Positions 49,401 through 62,504 of a stretch of 64,000 nucleotides of DNA are shown piece by piece; positions within the stretch are counted from its first letter, which is position 1, and each line of letters begins with the position of its first letter. The position numbers were made by a program, and so were the translations under genes. The stretch is from Antedon mediterranea. Its lineage: Eukaryota > Animalia > Echinodermata. The stretch is taken from contig NC_092676.1 in the NCBI RefSeq assembly GCF_964355755.1, positions 11,943,888 through 12,007,887 of the forward strand, read 5' to 3'. Under the pieces are notes generated by a model that worked only from the letters and a program-made list of their open reading frames with translations, had not been told where the DNA came from and searched no databases.

Positions 49401-52400
49401 CAAAATGGTTTAAAACGATTTCAAACACGGTATTAAGCTATTTTGTGCAATTTGATGTTTTTGTGTGAAAAGTTTTTTTCGAAATGCACAAAATGGTCTA
49501 AAACGTCTCCAAATGCCATTTGAAGATATTCTGTGCACTTTGATGTTTTTGTGTGAAAAGTTTTATCGACATGCTCAAAATGGTTTAAAACGATTTCAAA
49601 CACGGTATTAAGCTATTTTGTGCAATTTGATGTTTTTGTGTGAAAAGTTTTATCGAAATGCACAAAATGGTCTAAAACGTCTCTAAATGCGATTTGAAGC
49701 TATTTTGTACACTTTGATGTTTTTGTGTGAAAAGTTTTATCGAAATGCTCAAACTGTTCTAAAACGGTTTTAAATGTGATTTTAAGCACTTTGATGTTTT
49801 TGTGTAACCAAGTTTCATCGAAATGCACAATATGTTCTAAAACGTCTCCAAATGTGATTTGGAGATATTCTAAACACTTTGGTCTTTTTATGTTAACAAA
49901 TTTTTTGGAAATGCACAAAATGGTCTAAAACGTTTCCAAATGCAATTTGAAGCTATTCTGTACACTTTGATATTTTGTTTGAAAAAGTTTTATCGAAATG
50001 TTCAAAATGGTCTAAAACGCTTTCAAATACGATATTAAGTTATTTTGTGCACTTTGATGTTTTTGTGTGAAAAGTTTTATCGAAATGCTCAAAATGGACT
50101 AAAACGGATTCAAATGTGATTTTAAGCACTTTTTTGATGTTTTTGTGTGAAAAGTTTTATCGAAATGCACAAAATGGTCTAAAACGTCTCTAAATGCGAT
50201 TTGAAGCTATGTTGTGCACTTTGATGTTTTTGTGTGAAAAGTTTTATCGAAATGCTCAAAATGGTCTAAAACGGTTTCAAATGTGATTTTAAGCACTTTG
50301 AGGTTTTTGTGTAACCAAGTTTCATCGAAATGCACAAAATGGTCTAAAACGTCTCCAAATGCGATTTGAAGCATTTCTAAGCACTTTGGTGTTTTATGTT
50401 AACAAGTTTTTTCGGAAATCACAAAATGGTCTAAAACGTCTCTAAATGCGATTTGAAGCTATTCTAAGCACTTTGGTGTTTTTATGTGAAAAGTTTTGTC
50501 GAATTGCATAAAATGGTCTAAGACATTTTCAAAGCATTAAGCTATTTTGTGCAATTTGATGTTTTTGTGTGAAAAGTTTTATCGAAATGCACAAAATGGT
50601 CTAAAACGTCTCTAAATGCGATTTGAAAGTAATTTGTGCACTTTGATGTTTTTGTGTGAAAAGTTTTATCGAAATGCTCAAAATGCTCTAAAACGGTTTT
50701 AAATGTGATTTTAAGCACTTTGATGCTTTTGTGAAACCGAGTTTCATCGAAGTGCACAACATGGTCTAAAACGTCTCCAAATGCGATTTGAAGCTATTTT
50801 TTGCCCCTTGATGCTTTTGTGTGAAAAGTTTTATGAAAATGCTCAAAATGCTCTAAAACGGTTTTAAATGTGATTTTAAGCACTTTGATGTTTTTGTGTA
50901 ACCAAGTTTCATCGAAATGCACAAAATGGTCTAAAACGTCTCCAAAAGCAATTTGAAGCTATTCTAAGCACTTCGATGTTTTTATGTTAAAAAGTGTTTT
51001 CGAAATGCACATTAATGGTCTAAAACGTTTCCAAATGCGATTTGAAGCTATTCTGTGCACTTTGATGTTTCTGTGTGAAAAGTTTTATCGACATGCTCAA
51101 AATGGTCTAAAACGTTTTCAAACACGATATTAAGCTATTTTGTGCAATTTCATGTTTTTGTGTGAAAAGTTTTATTGAAATGCACAAAATGGTCTAAAAC
51201 GTCTCCAAATGCGATTTGAAGCTATTTTGTGCACTTTGATGTTTTTGTGTGAAAAGTTTTATCGAAATGCTCAAAATGGTCTAAAACGGTTTCAAATCTG
51301 ATTTTATGCACTTTGATGTTTTTGTGTAACCAAGTTTCATCGAAATGCACAAAATGGTATAAAACGTCTCTAAATGCGATTTGAAGCTATTTTGTGCACT
51401 TTGATGCTTTTGTGTGAAAAGTGTTATCGAAATGCTTAAAATGCTCTAAAACGGTTTTAAATGTGATTTTAAGCACTTTGATGTTTTTGTGTAACCAAGT
51501 TTCATCGAAATGAACAAAGTGGTCTAAAACGTCTCTAAATTCGAGTTGAAGCTATTCTAAGCACTTTGGTGTTTTTATGTGAAAAAGTTTTGTCGAATTG
51601 CACAAAATGGTCTAAGACATTTTCAAAGCATTAAGCTATTTTGTGCAATTTGATGTTTTTGTGTGAAAAGTTTTATCGAAATGCACAAAATGGTCTAAAA
51701 CGTTTCTAAATGCGATTTGAAAGTAATTTGTGCACTTTGATGTTTTTGTGTGAAAAGTTTTATCGAAATGCTCAAAATGCTCTAAAACGGTTTTAAATGT
51801 GATTTTAAGCACTTTGATGCTTTTGTGAAACCAAGTTTCATCGAAGTGCACAAAATGGTCTAAAACGTCTCCAAATGCGATTTGAAGCTATTTTTTGCCC
51901 CTTGATGCTTTTGTGTGAAAAGTTTTATGAAAATACTCAAAATGCTCTAAAACGGTTTTAAATGTGATTTTAAGCACTTTGATGTTTTTGTGTAACCAAG
52001 TTTCATCGAAATGCACAAAATGGTCTAAAACGTCTCCAAAAGCAATTTGAAGCTATTCTAAGCACTTCGATGTTTTCATGTTAAAAAGTGTTTTCGAAAT
52101 GCACATTAATGGTATACAACGTTTCCAAATGCGATTTGAAGCTATTCTGTGCACTTTGATGTTTCTGTGTGAAAAGTTTTATCGACTTGCTCAAAATGGT
52201 CTAAAACGTTTTCAAACACGATATTAAGCTATTTTGTGCAATTTCATATTTTTGTGTGAAAAGTTTTATTGAAATGCACAAAATGGTCTAAAACGTTCCA
52301 AATGCGATTTGAAGCTATTTTGTGCACTTTGATGTTTTTGTGTGAAAAGTTTTATCGAAATGCTCAAAATGGTCTAAAATGGTTTCAAATCTGATTTTAT

Positions 52401-55400
52401 GCACTTTGATGTTTTTGTGTAACCAAGTTTCATCGAAATGCACAAAACGGTATAAAACGTCTCTAAATGCGATTTGAAGCTATTTTGTGCACTTTGATGC
52501 TTTTGTGTGAAAAGTGTTATCGAAATGCTCTAAAATGGTTTTAAATGTGATTTTAAGCACTTTGATGTTTTTGTGTAACCAAGTTTCATCGAAATGCACA
52601 AAATGGTCTAAAACGTCTCCAAAAGCAATTTGAAGCTATTCTAAGCACTTCGATGTTTTTATGTTAAATAGTGTTTTCGAAATGCAAATTAATGGTATAA
52701 AACGTTTCCAAATGCGATTTGAAGCTATTCTGTGCACTTTGATGTTTCTTCTGTGTGAAAAGTTTTATCGACATGCTCAAAATGGTCTAAAACGTTTTCA
52801 AACACGATATTAAGCTATTTTGTGATATTTCATGTTTTTGTGTGAAAAGTTTTATTGAAATGCACAAAATGGTCTAAAACGGTTTCAAATGTGATTTTAA
52901 GCACTTTGATGTTTTTGTGTAACCAAGTTTCATCGAAATGCACAAAATGGTCTAAAACGTCTCCAAACACGGTATTAAGCTATTTTGTGCAATTTGATGT
53001 TTTTGTGTGAAAAGTTTTATCGAAATGCTCAAAATGGTCTAAAACGGTTTCAAATGTGATTTTAAGCACTTTGATGTTTTTGTGTAACCAAGTTTCATCG
53101 AAATGCACAAAATGGTCTAAAACGTCTCCAAACACGGTATTAAGCTATTTTGTGCAATTTGATGTTTTTGTGTGAAAAGTTTTATCGAAATGCACAAAAT
53201 GGTCTAAAACGTCTCTAAATGCGATTTGAAGCTATTCTGTGCACTTTGATGTTTTTGTGTGAAAAGTTTTATCGACATGCTCAAAATGGTTAAAAACGAT
53301 TTCAAACACGGTATTAAGCTATTTTGTGCAATTTGATGTTTTTGTGTGAAAAGTTTTATCGAAATGCACAAAATGGTCTAAAACCTCTCTAAATGCGATT
53401 TGAAGCTATTTTGTACACTTTGATGTTTTTGTGTGAAAAGTTTTATCGAAATGCTCAAACTGTTCTAAAACGGTTTTAAATGTGATTTTAAGCACTTTGA
53501 TGTTTTTGTGTAACCAAGTTTCATCGAAATGCACAATATGTTCTAAAACGTCTCCAAATGTGATTTGGAGATATTCTAAACACTTTGGTCTTTTTATGTT
53601 AACAAATTTTTTGGAAATGCACAAAATGGTCTAAAACGTTTCCAAATGCAATTTGAAGCTATTCAGTACACTTTTATATTTTGTTTGAAAAAGTTTTATC
53701 GAAATGTTCAAAATGGTCTAAAACGCTTTCAAATACGATATTAAGTTATTTTGTGCACTTTGATGTTTTTGTGTGAAAAGTTTTATCGAAATGCTCAAAA
53801 TGGACTAAAACGGATTCAAATGTGATTTTAAGCACTTTTTTGATGTTTTTGTGTGAAAAGTTTTATCGAAATGCACAAAATGGTCTAAAACGTCTCTAAA
53901 TGCGATTTGAAGCTATGTTGTGCACTTTGATGTTTTTGTGTGAAAAATTTTATCGAAATGCTCAAAATGGTCTAAAACGGTTTCAAATGTGATTTTAAGC
54001 ACTTTGAGGTTTTTGTGTAACCAAGTTTCATCGAAATGCACAAAATGGTCTAAAACGTCTCCAAATGCGATTTGAAGCATTTCTAAGCACTTTGGTGTTT
54101 TATGTTAACAAGTTTTTTCGGAAATCACAAAATGGTCTAAAACGTCTCTAAATGCGATTTGAAGCTATTCTAAGCACTTTGGTGTTTTTATGTGAAAAGT
54201 TTTGTCGAATTGCACAAAATGGTCTAAGACATTTTCAAAGCATTAAGCTATTTTGTGCAATTTGATGTTTTTGTGTGAAAAGTTTTATCGAAATGCACAA
54301 AATGGTCTAAAACGTCTCTAAATGCGATTTGAAAGTAATTTGTGCACTTTGATGTTTTTGTGTGAAAAGTTTTATCGAAATGCTCAAAATGCTCTAAAAC
54401 GGTTTTAAATGTGATTTTAAGCACTTTGATGCTTTTGTGAAACCGAGTTTCATCGAAGTGCACAACATGGTCTAAAACGTCTCCAAATGCGATTTGAAGC
54501 TATTTTTTGCCCCTTGATGCTTTTGTGTGAAAAGTTTTATGAAAATGCTCAAAATGCTCTAAAACGGTTTTAAATGTGATTTTAAGCACTTTGATGTTTT
54601 TGTGTAACCAAGTTTCATCGAAATGCACAAAATGGTCTAAAACGTCTCCAAAAGCAATTTGAAGCTATTCTAAGCACTTCGATGTTTTTATGTTAAAAAG
54701 TGTTTTCGAAATGCACATTAATGGTCTAAAACGTTTCCAAATGCGATTTGAAGCTATTCTGTGCACTTTGATGTTTCTGTGTGAAAAGTTTTATCGACAT
54801 GCTCAAAATGGTCTAAAACGTTTTCAAACACGATATTAAGCTATTTTGTGCAATTTCATGTTTTTGTGTGAAAAGTTTTATTGAAATGCACAAAATGGTC
54901 TAAAACGTCTCCAAATGCGATTTGAAGCTATTTTGTGCACTTTGATGTTTTTGTGTGAAAAGTTTTATCGAAATTCTCAAAATGGTCTAAAACGGTTTCA
55001 AATCTGATTTTATGCACTTTGATGTTTTTGTGTAACCAAGTTTCATCGAAATGCACAAAATGGTATAAAACGTCTCTAAATGCGATTTGAAGCTATTTTG
55101 TGCACTTTGATGCTTTTGTGTGAAAAGTGTTATCGAAATGCTTAAAATGCTCTAAAACGGTTTTAAATGTGATTTTAAGCACTTTGATGTTTTTGTGTAA
55201 CCAAGTTTCATCGAAATGAACAAAGTGGTCTAAAACGTCTCTAAATTCGAGTTGAAGCTATTCTAAGCACTTTGGTGTTTTTATGTGAAAAAGTTTTGTC
55301 GAATTGCACAAAATGGTCTAAGACATTTTCAAAGCATTAAGCTATTTTGTGCAATTTGATGTTTTTGTGTGAAAAGTTTTATCGAAATGCACAAAATGGT

Positions 55401-58400
55401 CTAAAACGTTTCTAAATGCGATTTGAAAGTAATTTGTGCACTTTGATGTTTTTGTGTGAAAAGTTTTATCGAAATGCTCAAAATGCTCTAAAACGGTTTT
55501 AAATGTGAATTTAAGCACTTTGAGGTTTTTGTGTAACCAAGTTTCATCGAAATGCACAAAATGGTCTAAAACGTCTCCAAATGCGATTTGAAGCATTTCT
55601 AAGCACTTTGGTGTTTTATGTTAACAAGTTTTTTCGGAAATCACAAAATGGTCTAAAACGTCTCTAAATGCGATTTGAAGCTATTCTAAGCACTTTGGTG
55701 TTTTTATGTGAAAAGTTTTGTCGAATTGCACAAAATGGTCTAAGACATTTTCAAAGCATTAAGCTATTTTGTGCAATTTGATGTTTTTGTGTGAAAAGTT
55801 TTATCGAAATGCACAAAATGGTCTAAAACGTCTCTAAATGCGATTTGAAAGTAATTTGTGCACTTTGATGTTTTTGTGTGAAAAGTTTTATCGAAATGCT
55901 CAAAATGCTCTAAAACGGTTTTAAATGTGATTTTAAGCACTTTGATGCTTTTGTGAAACCGAGTTTCATCGAAGTGCACAACATGGTCTAAAACGTCTCC
56001 AAATGCGATTTGAAGCTATTTTTTGCCCCTTGATGCTTTTGTGTGAAAAGTTTTATGAAAATGCTCAAAATGCTCTAAAACGGTTTTAAATGTGATTTTA
56101 AGCACTTTGATGTTTTTGTGTAACCAAGTTTCATCGAAATGCACAAAATGGTCTAAAACGTCTCCAAAAGCAATTTGAAGCTATTCTAAGCACTTCGATG
56201 TTTTTATGTTAAAAAGTGTTTTCGAAATGCACATTAATGGTCTAAAACGTTTCCAAATGCGATTTGAAGCTATTCTGTGCACTTTGATGTTTCTGTGTGA
56301 AAAGTTTTATCGACATGCTCAAAATGGTCTAAAACGTTTTCAAACACGATATTAAGCTATTTTGTGCAATTTCATGTTTTTGTGTGAAAAGTTTTATTGA
56401 AATGCACAAAATGGTCTAAAACGTCTCCAAATGCGATTTGAAGCTATTTTGTGCACTTTGATGTTTTTGTGTGAAAAGTTTTATCGAAATTCTCAAAATG
56501 GTCTAAAACGGTTTCAAATCTGATTTTATGCACTTTGATGTTTTTGTGTAACCAAGTTTCATCGAAATGCACAAAATGGTATAAAACGTCTCTAAATGCG
56601 ATTTGAAGCTATTTTGTGCACTTTGATGCTTTTGTGTGAAAAGTGTTATCGAAATGCTTAAAATGCTCTAAAACGGTTTTAAATGTGATTTTAAGCACTT
56701 TGATGTTTTTGTGTAACCAAGTTTCATCGAAATGAACAAAGTGGTCTAAAACGTCTCTAAATTCGAGTTGAAGCTATTCTAAGCACTTTGGTGTTTTTAT
56801 GTGAAAAAGTTTTGTCGAATTGCACAAAATGGTCTAAGACATTTTCAAAGCATTAAGCTATTTTGTGCAATTTGATGTTTTTGTGTGAAAAGTTTTATCG
56901 AAATGCACAAAATGGTCTAAAACGTTTCTAAATGCGATTTGAAAGTAATTTGTGCACTTTGATGTTTTTGTGTGAAAAGTTTTATCGAAATGCTCAAAAT
57001 GCTCTAAAACGGTTTTAAATGTGAATTTAAGCACTTTGATGCTTTTGTGAAACCAAGTTTCATCGAAGTGCACAAAATGGTCTAAAACGTCTCCAAATGC
57101 GATTTGAAGCTATTTTTTGCCCCTTGATGCTTTTGTGTGAAAAGTTTTATGAAAATACTCAAAATGCTCTAAAACGGTTTTAAATGTGATTTTAAGCACT
57201 TTGATGTTTTTGTGTAACCAAGTTTCATCGAAATGCACAAAATGGTCTAAAACGTCTCCAAAAGCAATTTGAAGCTATTCTAAGCACTTCGATGTTTTTA
57301 TGTTAAAAAGTGTTTTCGAAATGCACATTAATGGTATACAACGTTTCCAAATGCGATTTGAAGCTATTCTGTGCACTTTGATGTTTCTGTGTGAAAAGTT
57401 TTATCGACATGCTCAAAATGGTCTAAAACGTTTTCAAACACGATATTAAGCTATTTTGTGCAATTTCATATTTTTGTGTGAAAAGTTTTATTGAAATGCA
57501 CAAAATGGTCTAAAACGTTCCAAATGCGATTTGAAGCTATTTTGTGCACTTTGATGTTTTTGTGTGAAAAGTTTTATCGAAATGCTCAAAATGGTCTAAA
57601 ATGGTTTCAAATCTGATTTTATGCACTTTGATGTTTTTGTGTAACCAAGTTTCATCGAAATGCACAAAACGGTATAAAACGTCTCTAAATGCGATTTGAA
57701 GCTATTTTGTGCACTTTGATGCTTTTGTGTGAAAAGTGTTATCGAAATGCTCTAAAATGGTTTTAAATGTGATTTTAAGCACTTTGATGTTTTTGTGTAA
57801 CCAAGTTTCATCGAAATGCACAAAATGGTCTAAAACGTCTCCAAAAGCAATTTGAAGCTATTCTAAGCACTTCGATGTTTTTATGTTAAAAAGTGTTTTC
57901 GAAATGCACATTAATGGTATAAAACGTTTCCAAATGCGATTTGAAGCTATTCTGTGCACTTTGATGTTTCTGTGTGAAAAGTTTTATCGACATGCTCAAA
58001 ATGGTCTAAAACGTTTTCAAACACGATATTAAGCTATTTTGTGCAATTTCATGTTTTTGTGTGAAAAGTTTTATTGAAATGCACAAAATGGTCTAAAACG
58101 TCTCCAAATGCGATTTGAAGCTATTTTGTGCACTTTGATGTTTTTGTGTGAAAAGTTTTATCGAAATGCTCAAAATGGTCTAAAACGGTTTCAAATCTGA
58201 TTTTATGCACTTTGATGTTTTTGTGTAACCAAGTTTCATCGAAATGCACAAAATGGTATAAAACGTCTCTAAATGCGATTTGAAGCTATTTTGTGCACTT
58301 TGATGCTTTTGTGTGAAAAGTGTTATCGAAATGCTTAAAATGCTCTAAAACGGTTTTAAATGTGATTTCAAGCACTTTGATATTTTTGTGTAACCAAGTT

Positions 58401-59001
58401 TCATCGAAATGCTCAAAGTGGTCTAAAACGTCTCCAAATGCGATTTGAAGATATTCTAAGCACTTTGTATTGGTCTTTTTATGTTAACACATTTTTTCGA
58501 AATCCATAAAATGGTCTAAAACGTCTCCAAATGCAATTTGAAGCTATTCTGTACACATTGATATTTTGTGTAACCAAGTTTCATCGAAGTGCTTAGAATA
58601 GCTTCAAATCGCATTTGGAGACGTTTTAGACCATTTTTGTGATTTTCGAAAAAACTTTTAAACATAAAAACACCAAATTGCTTAGAAATTCTTCAAATCG
58701 CATTTGGAGACGTTTTAGACCATTTTGTGCATTTCGATAAAACTTGGTTACACAAAAACATCAAAGTGCTTAAAATCACATTTGAAACCGTTTTAGACCA
58801 TTTTGAGCATTTCGATAAAACTTTTCACACAAAAACATCAAAGTGTACAAAATAGCTTCAAATCGCATTTAGAGAGGTTTTAGACCATTTTGTGCATTTC
58901 GATAAAACTTTTCACACAAAAACATCAAATTGCACCAAATAGCTTAATATCGTGTTTGAAAACGTTTTAAACCATTTTGAGCATGTCGATAAAACTTTTC
59001 A
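46453..59001. repeat. 77/87-bp satellite, block 2, with HORs; orientation flips at ~58587
   Basis: Monomer periods of 87 and 77 bp. Duplicated blocks at 1094, 1516 and 3706 bp offsets. 58587-59001 is inverted. Confidence 0.98.
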
Positions 59002-59720
59002 TGAAGCAAGATTTGGTTCAACAAGTCAAAGATATGGTTGGCTTCACAGAGGAGCCTGATGAGGGCCAGTCCTATATGCCTGTGTGGTCGGATGATGAGC
59101 TCCCCGCTGCACAAACAGCACAACGCATTGATGAGTACACAAGTGGGCCAGAGGAAGTAGTTACAGATAGTCAAACCAGTGATTTTGCTGACTTAGCAGC
59201 TGAATTTCGTACAGCCAAACTTACAGGGCCAGCTGTGGATGATAAATTGGCTACAATTGTAAGTGACCTGATTAGTGGAAGGATACCCCCTGCAAAGATG
59301 ACTGAGCTTACTGGAAAATATCTTCGACCACTCAACTGTGAAATGCTAATCACACCCAAGGTGAACTTACCTGTGTGGGGCCAGTTGAAACCTTCTACCA
59401 GGACCAATGATGTTGGGTTGCAGAAAGTGCAGGCACTGTTCGTAAACTCTATGTATGCTCTGCTCCAAGCATGTCACAAGGCCTCAGGTGATTTGAAAAC
59501 TACATTGACGCATGCACTGGTTATAGCGCTGACTGCAAACCGGGAATTTAACCTGAAGCGAAGGGAGATGTTAAAACCAGACCTTAACGCACGATTTGTT
59601 GCACTCTGTGGGGTTACAACTCCCATAACTACAGAGCTCTTTGGAGATGATGTTACCAAACAGATAGACGATCTCTTCAAATCAAACAAACTTGGCGAGA
59701 AATTATCAGGTGCTAGATGA
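59001..59720 (+). CDS. DIRS gag-like ORF (partial)
   Basis: GPAVDDKLATIV..KYLRPLNCEMLITPKVNLPVW..ND..LQKVQ..N.KRREMLKPDLN..ELFGDDV, matching recalled invertebrate DIRS ORF1 motifs. Confidence 0.75.
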   Translation: MKQDLVQQVKDMVGFTEEPDEGQSYMPVWSDDELPAAQTAQRIDEYTSGPEEVVTDSQTSDFADLAAEFRTAKLTGPAVDDKLATIVSDLISGRIPPAKMTELTGKYLRPLNCEMLITPKVNLPVWGQLKPSTRTNDVGLQKVQALFVNSMYALLQACHKASGDLKTTLTHALVIALTANREFNLKRREMLKPDLNARFVALCGVTTPITTELFGDDVTKQIDDLFKSNKLGEKLSGAR

Positions 59721-59925
59721 GGTCGAAAAAAACAGAACCGGGTAAATATAGAGTAATTTTCAACCTTAAGGAACTTAATGAGTATGTCACTTATAGGCAT
59801 TTAAAAGTGGACACGATAGATTCGGCAATAAAGCTTATGAAGCCGGGGTGTTTTATGTCATCCATCGACCTCCGGGACGCTTATTATTCGGTGCCTATTG
59901 CAGCAAAGTATAGACGGTTTCTTAC
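59717..59925 (+). pseudogene. DIRS reverse transcriptase fragment (motifs 1-3 only)
   Basis: KK..GKYRVIFNLKELN..HLKVDT..MSSIDLRDAYYSVPI..RRFL. The YxDD motif, RNase H and methyltransferase regions are missing. Confidence 0.9.
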
Positions 59926-59937
59926 TCCTCGCTTAAC

Positions 59938-60681
59938 ATGGTTAGGTCAGCGTTAGCATGTTGCTTCACTGACTATCAGGGCAGGGAGGACCGACCCCTT
60001 ACACATCATGTACTAGTGACCAAGTATATGAAAGGGGTTTTTAATTGCCGGTCTCCGGCTCCAAGGTACGCAGTTACCTGGGACGCTAACATTGTTCTAG
60101 ATTACTTAGCTCTAATGCAGCCATTAGATAAGTTGTCACTTAGGGATTTATCGTATAAACTAGTCATGTTGATGGCTCTAACGTCAGGGCAGAGATGCAA
60201 TATGCTGGCGGGACTAGACACTAAGAGTATGATAAAGTCGGAAAACAGCTTTGATTTTTCAATTACTGTACTTGCTAAACAGGACCGGCCCAATAAACTT
60301 TTTTCATCCCTAAGATTTAAGAAATATTCAAAACAGGAATTGTGTGTGTTTAATAGCCTCGAATCATATTTTGACCGTACACAGCCACTGAGAAGCGAGT
60401 CAAAACTGTGGATCTCGTATGTTAGACCATTTAAATCCGTTGGGGTTAGCACCATTGGCAGATGGCTTAAAACACTACTGGGCCTAGCAGGAATTGATAC
60501 AGCTATGTTTACTGCACATAGTACAAGGGCAGCTAGTGCTTCTAAAGCCAGTAGGTCTATCCCGGTGGATGAAATTTTAAAACACATAGGTTGGGCCTCT
60601 GCTACTACGTTTAACAGGTATTAGAATAAGCCAATTGATAATAGTAACAAAAATGCATATGATGTTGCAGTATTACAATAG
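59938..60681 (+). pseudogene. DIRS tyrosine recombinase with premature stop
   Basis: ALTSGQR, KQDRP, AHSTRAAS and GW....TFNRY*NKPI. TAG at 60622-60624; the frame continues to a TAG at 60679-60681. Confidence 0.9.
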
Positions 60682-60783
60682 AGCAATAAAAATAACGTTG
60701 GCATGGCAACAAGTATTCTGTGTTGGATAATTTGTTCTTGTGTTCACTCTGCTTTAAAGTCTCATGGGAACCCGGAAGTTGCG

Positions 60784-61070
60784 TCACTGTTGATATGGTA
60801 GAATGGAAAATTAAACGAGGCTCACCTGTAAGGTGAAGTTTGATGTAAATTCTATCATATCAGCAGTGGCACTTCTGAGTTAACATGCCCTTCCCTATTA
60901 GCTACCCGCCCTTATCGGGTTTTTCTTACCACGTCGGATCGTGCACACAAGGATTTGAAGTCTGATCTTAGCGGACACTGGTCGTGCCTCTCATGTTAGC
61001 CCAGAAGTGCCACTGCTGATATGGTAGAATTTACATCAAAATTCACCTTACAGGTAAGCCTCGTTTAATT
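60784..61070 (+). repeat. DIRS internal complementary region and right ITR/extension
   Basis: 60809-60887 is the reverse complement of 60992-61070. cactgttgatatggtagaat (60785-60804) directly repeats the ITR end (61011-61030). Confidence 0.85.
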
Positions 61071-61072
61071 AG

Positions 61073-62498
61073 GTTATATTATCATGCATATAACCTCTTG
61101 ATTCTGTCAAAATCTTAGTTTATTTATTCTTTCCTTAGCATTATTTTGTCCGTGAATTATCTTGATATCAGTTTCATCTAGCTAAGTCAATTTTTCAGAG
61201 TATATTCCTTATGGCCAGGAATCGATGTGGTTATGTTTTCACGGTGCGCAATCAAACATTACGTGGTCTACGCGCGATTTAACGAAATCACGTTTGTAAT
61301 CATATCTTCACAAGCATGAATCATTTATAAACAAAATTTGGTACTCATAAATTTCAGGTCATATTTCATCATATGGCAATACAATTACGTGCGTAGCGCA
61401 TATAATGCATGCGTACGCGCGCTTAAAATTTTCAAAATTGTCAGAATTTATTTTCGATGAAATTAGAGTACGTTTCAGGCAATTTTAAGCGTTTAAAAAA
61501 TTACCATAAGTGCGCAGATTTTTGCACGCGCACTGCGCGTCAAACGTTGATGCGCACTTTTTTGTCCGATTACTGTTGTATAACCTTTCTTTAATAATAT
61601 CATCATATTTTATTCACTTTTCAAAGCGAAACAGCGTTATACGAGCACGTCGAAAAGTGACAGGCTACGCACGTGTAAGAAAATATGCTAAAATTAAAAT
61701 TAATATATATCGTTAGAATGCTCGGGAACAACTATTTTTTATTTCATTTTCTTGAAGTGTATGTATCATATGTATGATTTATTATGAAATTAGGAGAAAA
61801 AAAGTTGAATAAGTCATCATTAATGGCAAATTAAATTTAAAAAAAATAATTTTGACAATCAAACAAATTATAACATTTTCTTCTTAGGCCGAAATAACAA
61901 ACTTAACATTAACTTTCTTCCTTAAGAAGTTCATATATTAAAGTTAAAAGTATATAGTTTGACAGTGCATCATGTTTTTTAATTTTTAAAGATGTCATCA
62001 TAGTAAAAAATTAATCTATCTTCACCAAAGTGGTTATTGCATAGTAAATACATGGAAGAATCTTTCTACAACTTCTAGTCAGTTGTGTATGGCTCGGTGG
62101 TCTGTGCTCGTGTCTATGGCATTCAAGGTACCGAGATCGAGTCTCACCTTGGGAAACGAAACGAAATAAGTTTTTTTTTATTATCCGTATTTTTTGTTCA
62201 ATTTTATTTCTTAGTGTATAAATTATACATTTATAATGAAATCTAGATAAAAAGTAACTTATGTCTTTATTAATATATGTAACAACAAATGTGGTTTATG
62301 ACATTATACGCAGAGGGATCTTTGATCGGATTGTGATACCGGCTATTGTATTCGCGTTAGCAAGGTCCTATCATATATTATAAATAATTAAAGATTCTGA
62401 GAAAAACAATCAATCAATATATCTTTAAAAAATCAATTATCTTTATTTAAATCAATGCATATAACCTATAATTCGTCATAGTGACGAATTAAATCTAG
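61073..62498 (+). mobile_element. Helentron/Helitron-type non-autonomous element
   Basis: 5' gttatat..ATGCATATAAC palindrome, second ATGCATATAAC at 62455-62465, perfect hairpin AATTCGTCA-tag-TGACGAATT (62470-62490), CTAG (62495-62498), then TTTT. Confidence 0.75.
62080..62155 (+). other. Degenerate tRNA-derived segment inside the Helentron-like element
   Basis: A-box-like TGGCTCGGTGG, B-box-like GAGATCGAGTC and a downstream T-run. No convincing cloverleaf. Confidence 0.4.
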
Positions 62499-62504
62499 TT
62501 TTCA

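Larger units (their letters stand above)
59002..61070 (+). mobile_element. DIRS-type tyrosine-recombinase retrotransposon, 5'-truncated and internally deleted
   Basis: A gag-like ORF, an RT fragment and a tyrosine recombinase occur in order, followed by the ICR and right ITR. Confidence 0.92.

Noticed and set aside
47062-57073. Repeated 71-72 aa ORFs (MCISK.., MHFDET..)
   Set aside because: Satellite translations repeated by the HORs.
59171-60587. Minus-strand ORFs overlapping the DIRS genes
   Set aside because: Antisense shadows of gag and the recombinase.
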